Shown here: positions 15,789 through 23,957 of the stretch, in pieces
Numbering within the stretch: position 1 is the first letter of the stretch
Layout: each line of letters starts with the position of its first letter
Virus record (IMG/VR): IMGVR_UViG_2706795039_000001
Coordinates: 32,001 to 96,000 of that record
Direction: 5' to 3' (one strand)
Length of the DNA stretch: 64,000 nt
From: a virus
Taxonomy: Duplodnaviria > Caudoviricetes
The notes under the pieces: model-generated
Databases searched by the model: none
What the model saw: the letters and a program-made list of their open reading frames with translations, nothing else
What the model was told of the DNA's origin: nothing
Made by a program: the position numbers and the translations under genes

Positions 15789-17486
15789 CTACTCACAGGC
15801 GATACACCCTACTTCTTTGGAAGCCTGTAGTCCTGCCATAGTACGTAGGTAGTAGATCTGCTTGATATTCTCGTCCTTGAACGCTGCTTGGAATACTTTG
15901 GCTATAACTGCTTCGTCTTCTTCTGCTCTAAAGAAGAGGTTTAGAGACTGCCCCTGACAAATTCTTGGTTGTCTAGCAGCGGCCTTTCTGAGAATGGCCA
16001 TCTGGTCTATCTCATAAGCAGTTTTGAATACTAGCTTCTCTTCATCACTCATCCAATCTAGGTGCTGTACTGAACCTAACTTGTCGTTGATAGAGTTGAT
16101 TAGCTTACGGTCTACTGGTACTTCCTTACGTTCACAGAACCTGATAAAGGAGCTATTTAGGCGTACCAGCTCTCCTGCTGCACTTGGTTGAATGTAACAG
16201 TTGCCTGGCAGTGGCTCAATACCTTGAGATACTCCGCCACATAGCAAGGAACTGCTAGTATTAGGTGCTATAGCTAGTCTATGGGTGTTCCTTACGCCAT
16301 AACCCTTACACCACTCAGGCTCACCTAGCTCCTTGGCCATCCACTCTGACGCCCTCAAAGACTCCTTATTCAGGTGCTCGAAGATTTCTAGGTTCTTCAT
16401 ATGTGCTTCGAAAGACTCGAAAGCAATCATATTATCTTGTAGATAAGTATGGTATCCTAGAAGCCCTAGACCCAGTGCCCTGGAGGCCTCAGTAAACCTT
16501 ACTGCTTTACTTAGACCAGGGATCTCTTTAGCCCTAATTATGAAATCCTGAGCTACACAGTCTAGGAATACGGTGGCTGTGAATACAGCGTCTGTATCTT
16601 TCCACTCGTCGTACTTAGCCCCATTCATAGAGCTTAGTACACAGGTAAATGTGTGCATGTGATCGGAGAATAGGTTAATTTCAGTACATAGGTTAGAGCC
16701 TTTTACAGTAAGACCCCTGTCTTTGTACATTGGCGGGTTAGCCCTATTTACTTTATCAGGGAAGAAGAAGTAGCCCTTACCTGTAATTAGCTTAGTGTGC
16801 AGGGCTTTAGAGAAACGTCTACCTAGCTCAGGGTCTCCGCTGTCTAACGCAACTACATCTTTATCATATACGTTCCAACCTAAGTTTAGGTCGTCTGGTG
16901 TGTTTTTAAGGTAGGTAACCACTTCGTCAAAATCCCCGTGAGATAGAGGTAAATAACCTGCCCAGGCTCCCCTACGGGTGTTGCCTTGCGCCACGTCCCG
17001 CATACATTGAACGTAGTCTGCGATAACTGGCATAACCCCGGCTGCCTGCCCACCAATGCGGATTGGCGCTCCTCTAGGGCGAATATCTCCTAGGTACGCG
17101 GAAGTACCAAACCCATTCTTAGTCAGCATAGCTGTCTCGTGCAGGGTAGAATAGAATCCGTCAATGGAGTCGTCAATGTACCCACCTGAGCAACTTACAG
17201 GGAGTCCTTTATCTGTCCCCATATTTGCCATTACGGGTGTAGATGCCGCTAACCAACCTTTCCAGAAAAGTTCAAAGAACTTTGGTTCCCAGTAAGAAGG
17301 GTCTGGCATGTGGGAGGCTGCTGTCTTAGCAATTACCTGGTATCTGTTGAGAACAGTTTGACCTTTATCCATATACTTTTGCGTTAGAAGCTGGTAGCCC
17401 TCAGTGGTCATCCACTCGGGCACTGTTCCCTCTTTCTGCCCCTTTAGCCTATCGAACTCTAGTTGCTCAAATATATTTTTATGCAT
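15789..17486 (-). CDS. nrdA: class I ribonucleotide reductase alpha subunit (short, no ATP cone)
   Basis: VSC, SNLCTEI, IAPNTSSS, YY, C-terminal CIACE. Confidence 0.95.
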   Translation of the reverse strand: MHKNIFEQLEFDRLKGQKEGTVPEWMTTEGYQLLTQKYMDKGQTVLNRYQVIAKTAASHMPDPSYWEPKFFELFWKGWLAASTPVMANMGTDKGLPVSCSGGYIDDSIDGFYSTLHETAMLTKNGFGTSAYLGDIRPRGAPIRIGGQAAGVMPVIADYVQCMRDVAQGNTRRGAWAGYLPLSHGDFDEVVTYLKNTPDDLNLGWNVYDKDVVALDSGDPELGRRFSKALHTKLITGKGYFFFPDKVNRANPPMYKDRGLTVKGSNLCTEINLFSDHMHTFTCVLSSMNGAKYDEWKDTDAVFTATVFLDCVAQDFIIRAKEIPGLSKAVRFTEASRALGLGLLGYHTYLQDNMIAFESFEAHMKNLEIFEHLNKESLRASEWMAKELGEPEWCKGYGVRNTHRLAIAPNTSSSLLCGGVSQGIEPLPGNCYIQPSAAGELVRLNSSFIRFCERKEVPVDRKLINSINDKLGSVQHLDWMSDEEKLVFKTAYEIDQMAILRKAAARQPRICQGQSLNLFFRAEEDEAVIAKVFQAAFKDENIKQIYYLRTMAGLQASKEVGCIACE

Positions 17487-18522
17487 ATGTCTCTACCACC
17501 CATTTTAAATCATTCTCTGACCAGCTTCTGTGGTACTCTGATCCAGTACCAGTAAAGAAGTCATGGAACTTCAGACCGTTAATATTCTCGTAGAACCATT
17601 CAGCTATAGGATTTTTACCCACCTCAAACAACGCGGGCACTTTCAGGTTAGCTAGACATAGATTCAACCTAGACTTAACGAAAGTTTTAAGGTCTTCAGC
17701 ATTGATGTTCTCAATATCCCCTTGACTGAATAACATGTCGATAATATAAGACTCATGTTCTAAGATTTGCCTAGCGCAAACATGTAGCTTCACTACCAGC
17801 TTGTTGTAATCATTGCCAGACATTAGACCCAGAGCTTCTTTTTCTCGTAGTAACGTCAGAAACGCCCATGCCCCGCCTTCACAGTGCAGGTTTTCATCTC
17901 TCACACTAAAATTGATTCCACGAACCACATTAAGCAGCTTGTTTTTGCCCAGAGTTTGGAAGTGCTTGAGGTATGCAAAGGCGCTGTAAAGGATTCCGCC
18001 CTCAACCATAGAGAATGCCCCTAGAGATACTAGGTCGTCCTTATCATTAACTATGGACTCTACGAACTCCATCCGTGCCTTTAATACTGGGTCATTGACG
18101 TAACTGGTGTAGAACTCGTCAGTGTTCAGCATTAGGGCTTCGTTGATCTTATTGTAGAATGGTGCGTGGATGTTTATTTCAGCAAACGAAAATGAGTTGC
18201 CCATCTGACGGAAGTCATGCCTAGGGAACATTCTCTTGAAACGACCGCCCCAATACTCGTTACCTGCAACTAGCTCATATAATGTGAATAGTTTTAAGGT
18301 TGTGATTACCCCATGAGCCTCAGCTGGTGTCATATTAACTCTAATGTCTTGAATATCCTTCTCGACATGAATTTCGTGGTGGTACCACTGAACTGAGTTT
18401 TGGGCATCAGCAAAAGCAATAGCTTCCGGATAGTCGAAAGTGTAGGCTTCTTTCTTGGTTTGGCAGCGAGGTACAGGAGAGGCTACGGCCTCTCCATTAG
18501 TAGTTATATATTTACTTGACAT
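17479..18522 (-). CDS. nrdB: class I ribonucleotide reductase beta subunit
   Basis: EINIHAPFY, VEG, RDENLH, HDFF...EY. Confidence 0.93.
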   Translation of the reverse strand: MSSKYITTNGEAVASPVPRCQTKKEAYTFDYPEAIAFADAQNSVQWYHHEIHVEKDIQDIRVNMTPAEAHGVITTLKLFTLYELVAGNEYWGGRFKRMFPRHDFRQMGNSFSFAEINIHAPFYNKINEALMLNTDEFYTSYVNDPVLKARMEFVESIVNDKDDLVSLGAFSMVEGGILYSAFAYLKHFQTLGKNKLLNVVRGINFSVRDENLHCEGGAWAFLTLLREKEALGLMSGNDYNKLVVKLHVCARQILEHESYIIDMLFSQGDIENINAEDLKTFVKSRLNLCLANLKVPALFEVGKNPIAEWFYENINGLKFHDFFTGTGSEYHRSWSENDLKWVVETYA

Positions 18523-18742
18523 GGTTAGATAGGTACTCCATGATAGCAGCAGACTCTATCATTACTGTGCCATCCTCTTTTACTAGAGCGGGTATTTGTT
18601 TGATATTGTATTTTTTGGCAGCTTCGAAGTTGAGGTCAATGTCAAGAATATCGACATGCATACCCTTTTCTAGGATTAGCTGCTTTACCGGCTGGCAGTA
18701 CTTACACCAACTAGCCATAAATAGAATCATTGTTTCTCCCAT
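18512..18742 (-). CDS. thioredoxin/glutaredoxin-like protein
   Basis: WCKYC and IP motif. Confidence 0.88.
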   Translation of the reverse strand: MGETMILFMASWCKYCQPVKQLILEKGMHVDILDIDLNFEAAKKYNIKQIPALVKEDGTVMIESAAIMEYLSNHVK

Positions 18743-18745
18743 AGT

Positions 18746-19249
18746 CTACTTACCTCTCATTAGGACTAAGTTAGGCACCCAACAGAAGTTATCCTCTGTG
18801 AATACCTTAATAAATAATTCTGGGTTTGGCCCGAAGTAGGTAAAACACTGACCCCTACTGCCCTTACCCTTAGGTGTTAAATCTGGTTGTAAAAAGGATA
18901 TACGCCCATTAGTATATGCTTGGACTCCGCCTTGGAGAGCTATGTTCCATTGGGTATCTGTCCCAGAGTTAGTCAGCATAATGCCCTCAGTCATGACACC
19001 ACGCTTATACTCTTCTGCGAAATATTTTGTGAACTTCTTAATAAGCGCTGCTGAGTAAGGTGGGTTACACCACACCTTACCAAGCCACGGGTAGTTTAAC
19101 CCATTCTGTTCTTTTGTATAGTAGGTTTTAGCCCTTACTATAGTGTTCGCAGTAGGGTTAGATGCAGGGTCTAGGTCTATTTCCCCTAGTACCCTGCGAA
19201 CCTTGTCCATAATGAACTCTGGTGTGTACCACTCATCATTACTGTTCAT
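18746..19249 (-). CDS. DNA N6-adenine methyltransferase (phage type)
   Basis: DEWYTP, DLDPAS, WCNPPYS, GRISF; ATGA-coupled to nrdD stop. Confidence 0.88.
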   Translation of the reverse strand: MNSNDEWYTPEFIMDKVRRVLGEIDLDPASNPTANTIVRAKTYYTKEQNGLNYPWLGKVWCNPPYSAALIKKFTKYFAEEYKRGVMTEGIMLTNSGTDTQWNIALQGGVQAYTNGRISFLQPDLTPKGKGSRGQCFTYFGPNPELFIKVFTEDNFCWVPNLVLMRGK

Positions 19250-20280
19250 AGGTGCTTGACCCTCTTCTGCATTTCTGCCTGTTTTCCCGCGTTGAATGGT
19301 CTGGCATCCGGGTTTCCTAAGTAACCACAAACCCTGCGAGTGACAGAGCAGCTTTCTTTGTCGTTATTACCACACTTAGGGCACTTGAAACCTTCCGAGG
19401 TGCATAGGAACTCTCCTTTATACCCGCACTTAAAGCACTCGTCTATTGGGGTGTTAGTACCATAATACGGTACTTGATAGTACGCGTAATTCCACACATC
19501 TTCCAATGCTTCTATGTTATTAATCATAGAAGGGAATTCCCCGTAACATATGTGGCCGCCCGCTGAGTAGGGTACGAACTGCGCTTCAAAATCGATCTTC
19601 TCGTAAGGTGTTACTTTCTTGGCTACGTCTAGGTGGAATGAGTTGGTCAGGTATCCTTTATCTGTGACACCTTCAAACTCCCCATACTCACGAACAATGG
19701 CTTTGCAGAAGCGATGACATAGTGACTCACTAGGAGTACCATATACAGAGTAGTTAATACCCTCTGCCTCTTTCCACTCACGTACCTTAGCATCTAGGAA
19801 TTTCAGAATATCTAAGCAAAACTCCTGCTTTTCTTCCGCATCATAGGTGTGAATTAGAGAACCCAGCATTGCATTTGCTGCTTCCTCTAGACCGATATAC
19901 CCTAGGGAGATAGAAGCTCCTCGCGCAATAAGGTGAGGCAGCACCAAGTCGTCTGGCTTCAAGCGTAATCCTAGGGCTCCTTCCATGTACATAATTGGAG
20001 CTGATTTAGCTGTGACTGTTGAGAGCCTTTCAATACGATATTGAAGCGCTCTGTGAGCAACTTCACAGTATTTATCCAGCAATTCCCAAAATTTATCGTA
20101 ATCACCTTGAGCTTCCAGTACGTATTTTGGTATATTAAGAGAAACTACGCCTAGGTTGTTGCGTCCCGCGTAATACTCGTTCCCTTCCGCATCGTATGCA
20201 GGGGATAGGAAGGACCTGCAACCCATAGGGGCTTTCACGCCACCAGTAATCTCTAATGTTTTGTGGTAGTTCAAAATATC
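19246..20280 (-). CDS. nrdD: anaerobic ribonucleotide reductase, exon 2
   Basis: DILNY..., PMGCRSFL, Zn site CFKC/CPKC, RVCGYL glycyl radical motif. Confidence 0.95.
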   Translation of the reverse strand, partial: DILNYHKTLEITGGVKAPMGCRSFLSPAYDAEGNEYYAGRNNLGVVSLNIPKYVLEAQGDYDKFWELLDKYCEVAHRALQYRIERLSTVTAKSAPIMYMEGALGLRLKPDDLVLPHLIARGASISLGYIGLEEAANAMLGSLIHTYDAEEKQEFCLDILKFLDAKVREWKEAEGINYSVYGTPSESLCHRFCKAIVREYGEFEGVTDKGYLTNSFHLDVAKKVTPYEKIDFEAQFVPYSAGGHICYGEFPSMINNIEALEDVWNYAYYQVPYYGTNTPIDECFKCGYKGEFLCTSEGFKCPKCGNNDKESCSVTRRVCGYLGNPDARPFNAGKQAEMQKRVKHL

Positions 20281-21123
20281 CGTGTTACCCATACTTTCAT
20301 ATGGCACTGACTATATCATTATCCTATGTAGGATCTCTGCACTTCGAGTGGTAGTTACTTCCACCCTACTCCCTGTCGGGATAGTCGATACACCTTCTAT
20401 TAGCTTCAAAGTAAGAATTAATCTTTGTTAAACTCTACTTGCCAAACCCCTTTATAGAGGGCATTACGTTTATAGGCACCGTGTACCCCAGTAGAGGAGA
20501 ATCTGCGGTCGAGTTTTTCTTTAGAAATACTAAAGAAACTTGGAAAATACACTACTTCTCCTGTTTCTTTGTTTGTTAGTTTTAGCGGTTTAACGTTAGG
20601 TTTGTTTCGCAGGTTTTCTTTCATGCTCACAAAACGTATGTTCCCAGGCTGGTATGGTATCTTACTATCCTTTCTATCTATAGAAAGGTCATCCAACCCA
20701 TACTTATCTAGCCCTAGTAAAAACTCATTAAAACAGGTGTTATAGTATTCTACAGTATCTGCAAAGTTCCACATACCTGAGTACCTAGGATAGTCCTTGC
20801 AGTTAGGGTTACAGCAGCGCTCTTTTGCGTATCGGTAGGAGTTTCTGAACTTATGCCATACCTCAACGCCGAACTCTTCTGTAACGTTTAATCTTATCTT
20901 TGTTATCTCTTGCATATAACCTCCAATATCTATTTACTAAATATTGAAGCTAATAGCTTGGCACGGGATTGCCACCTACTAATAATACAAAATATATCTA
21001 TCGACATTTCTTATATTACCTAGCTGAGGTTCCCCCGTTAGCCGCCAATTGGCGACACCTCGGAACTACCGAGTTCACAGAATTTTTCGACTAGGATTAC
21101 TCCTAGAAGCCCCAATAATTCTT
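20281..21123 (-). mobile_element. group I intron (IA-type) in nrdD, 843 nt
   Basis: exon ends CCT with P1 U-G; Q AATCCCGTGCCAAGC, R TATCGACTA, S ATGATATAGTC, terminal G; splicing restores RMYP|DILNY in frame. Confidence 0.93.
20418..20915 (-). CDS. intron-encoded HNH-type homing endonuclease
   Basis: SIDRKD...YQPGNIRFV..ENLRNK plus NUMOD1-like tail; looped out by a 12-bp stem (20398-20409/20944-20955). Confidence 0.85.
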   Translation of the reverse strand: MQEITKIRLNVTEEFGVEVWHKFRNSYRYAKERCCNPNCKDYPRYSGMWNFADTVEYYNTCFNEFLLGLDKYGLDDLSIDRKDSKIPYQPGNIRFVSMKENLRNKPNVKPLKLTNKETGEVVYFPSFFSISKEKLDRRFSSTGVHGAYKRNALYKGVWQVEFNKD

Positions 21124-22263
21124 AGGGTACATTCTCTTACTAGCACACTCTAAGGCAAGAACCTTTATATCGTAGTTAGGGTCTTCTTTGTCTAAGTTAA
21201 GACCCTTTTTCAGGGTGAATACCAGTTTGGGAAATACTGGGGTTATCTTATCCTCACCTAATCCCTGTATTCTGGTGCGTAGTATGCCTTCTTGAATTAG
21301 TTTGGCTTCCCAAGTTTCCCCTAGACCGAAGCCAAAAGTGAGGAAGGGTGTTTGGCCATTAGTACAGTAAATGGTATTTACCTGATACTCTAAGGTTTGG
21401 CAAGCATCCATAACTGCCTTTTTGGTAGCTATCTTTGCTTCGCTCTCTATAACTGATAGAGCTAGAGGGTCTACGACCACATCTGTACCGGTAAATCTGC
21501 GGTACATATTCATAGCCCTTTTATATTCCTTCTTAAAGGTTCTAGCTACATAAGGCGCTAGAACTTCATCTAGCCTATCGAAACTTGTTCCACCAAACTG
21601 TTGGCTAGCCACAGCTGCTGCTACTTGAGACACTACTGTTGCTGCAGTCTGGATGGACTTTGGTGGCTCAATTCTGGCGTTACCCATTTTGAAGCCTCTT
21701 TCCAACATCCCTTTCAAATCTACTAGACAACAGTTGGTCAATCCCATCATTGGGCTGTAATCTAGGTCGTGAAAATGAATGTTTCCAGCTATATGCTCTC
21801 GTGCCGTTTCACGCGGTAGCAGATAGTTCAGAGCGTAGTGCCGAGATATTTCCCCTGCCAAGAGGTCTCGTTGCACATGGAATAGCGCCGACTCCTTGTT
21901 GGCATTCTCGTGCAGTAAATCAGGGTTTGTCTGGTTTACCAGACCAATTATGTTTTGGTGTAGAGAAGAGCGCAAATCCCGCGCCTGCTGACGATCATGG
22001 CTATACTCAATAAACTTACGTGCCACCTGCTTCCAGCAAGAGGACATTAGCGTATCTTCGATAAGTTCCTCGATCTCAAAAATGGTAACTGAAGACTTAT
22101 TGGAACTAAGTAGTTTGTTAACTACTAGCGTAGTTACGTCTTCTGCTACTTGATTAGCTTCGTTATACTCAAAGTCAGCATCACTTGCAGCCATGAAGAC
22201 CGCTTCAAAAATTTTGTCAGGTATTAGTGCCTGCCTTGTATTGTCTTTCTTGATGACCAGCAT
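21124..22263 (-). CDS. nrdD: anaerobic ribonucleotide reductase, exon 1
   Basis: ATP cone, ENANK, HFHDLDY, NCCLVD, GQTPF, FPKL. Confidence 0.95.
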
Positions 22264-22305
22264 CTAAATGTCCTCCTAAGGAATACTATTCACAATTAGA
22301 TGGAT

Positions 22306-22334
22306 ATTATAACAATTAGCCCGGATCACGTCAA
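22306..22334 (-). promoter_or_regulatory. nrdD operon promoter
   Basis: TTGACG-N17-TATAAT. Confidence 0.75.
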
Positions 22335-22479
22335 GAAAATTTTTTAGGGATCCTCCGACCTATGGCCTATTTAGAAAAATAATATCTTGCTGTCAAGTCG
22401 GGTGTCATGGTACTAGATACTCATTTATATACGCGCACGCGCGAGAGCTTTTTGGGTTAAAAAACTATTTGCTAAAGAG

Positions 22480-22854
22480 GTGGAAATTATAATAGAATGT
22501 TTAGGTAATTTTGGGAGACTGTCTATGACACACGAAGAAAAACTGCTATTTATAAAAGAAATGGTTCAACACGTAGAACCCTATGTAACTAACCTGTACG
22601 TCTTAGGTAACGACGCTAGGATTAGGGTTTGTCCAGAGCAGCCGGAAAGCCTAGCTAAAGTGCTAGAGGAAGGTGCTCAACTAGAAATGTATTTTACCTA
22701 CAACGGAATCAGCCATCTGGTAATAGCACAAGTACCCTACGCTGTGCTCAGCAACAGAAACTACTCTAAGGAAGCAGCTGTTAGTGCAGGTAATTCCCTT
22801 CTAAAACAAATAGCTTGCAAGCTATTCAATCTCCCTCCATCAATCATGATGTAA
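22480..22854 (+). CDS. hypothetical protein
   Basis: first rightward ORF; likely start MTHEE after GGGAG. Confidence 0.65.
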   Translation: MEIIIECLGNFGRLSMTHEEKLLFIKEMVQHVEPYVTNLYVLGNDARIRVCPEQPESLAKVLEEGAQLEMYFTYNGISHLVIAQVPYAVLSNRNYSKEAAVSAGNSLLKQIACKLFNLPPSIMM

Positions 22855-22863
22855 AAACCTTGA

Positions 22864-22892
22864 TTGACATTGATAATAAAATGTAATATACT
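22864..22892 (+). promoter_or_regulatory. sigma70 promoter driving the large RNA and obp
   Basis: TTGACA-N17-TATACT. Confidence 0.85.
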
Positions 22893-22898
22893 TATTAC

Positions 22899-23930
22899 TT
22901 AACTCAAAAGGCTCTGAAGAGCCTCTACTACTATTGCTCTTGTATACGCCAGGGGCAATAATAGTAGCATGCAGGAAAGCTCACCGAGGGTGGTGACTCC
23001 CCAACACACAAGTTATTTCGCAACGAGTATTTTGAGGCAGGTATAGTCCGTGAGGGCTAATTTACCTGATGGAAGGTGCGTAGCCCAGAGAGGTCTTGTT
23101 AACTTGGTAGTGTATGGACAAGAGAAGATACACTTGTGTAAGTAGCCGGGCTACTTACACGCCTAAGCCAAATAGCTAGGAGCTACGCGAGCCGTAGACC
23201 TAACCCACCAAAGTACGACACCAATGACGTCGGGCTATTAGTAAAGGTCTTGGAGAGTGAGTAAGCGAGCGAAGACGCATCCGGGGGGTACAGGCTAATT
23301 CCCCTCTGCCCAGTTGGTAAGCTGGCAAGGCGCTGATATGTGGTGGTAACTGGTCCGAGAATGACCCGCAAATGCCATAGCGGAGGTATGAAGCCCATAT
23401 CGCGAGCTGACGGAAGCCCCTAAAAAGGCTTTATGCAGGTCGAGCGTGAGACACAAACAGGAGGCCGGGCCCATGCAATGATGTCGTGACGAAGTGTGGG
23501 GGATATGGTTTGTTGTCGGATCGATGTAAGAGTGTAGTAGTAAATGCCGTAGGAAGCAAGTGTTATTTGAACGGTACTCACAGCCGGGGTGGAACTCCCG
23601 CATATCTAGGGATATGCATCAGATAATCTACGTACCTGCCCACCTAACGCGGGGGTAGCAGTATGGGAAGCGAAGCAGAGGAAGACCATTCAGGACGTAA
23701 CGAGCCTGAAACAACAAGCACCAGCGGATAAGATCCCTGGGTAGTAGCTGCGGTGAAGCTTGGGGTGACTAACCAACCGGGATAAAGGACTTTCCGGAAT
23801 AATCTTTTCATACGTAGAGAGAACAGCTATGAAGCGCGTCGAATTCCTATGAAGTCTTGACGGAGGAGGGCGCGATAAGTAGTGTAGACTCGGTACTAGG
23901 ATGTTGGCCTACAACGAAACACTGGAAAAA
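22899..23930 (+). ncRNA. ~1-kb structured RNA, group II intron-like and apparently circularly permuted
   Basis: no sense ORF in the track; many G-U-containing hairpins; GTGCG at 23076; long-range helix 23083-23108/23720-23742; D6-like hairpin ending ACCTGAT upstream. Confidence 0.7.
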
Positions 23931-23957
23931 TTCTTTTAACTTAACTTGGAGTCTATA

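Noticed and set aside
20281-20307. Independent start (MPYESMGNT) for the NrdD C-terminal half
   Set aside because: These codons lie in the intron 3' end; splicing explains the junction
23183-23603. Minus-strand ORFs of 71 and 102 aa in the large RNA region
   Set aside because: Antisense to the promoter, no clear SD, atypical composition
22899-23930. Canonical group II intron or retron
   Set aside because: No D5/D6 found downstream of D3, no interrupted gene, and no reverse transcriptase in the window
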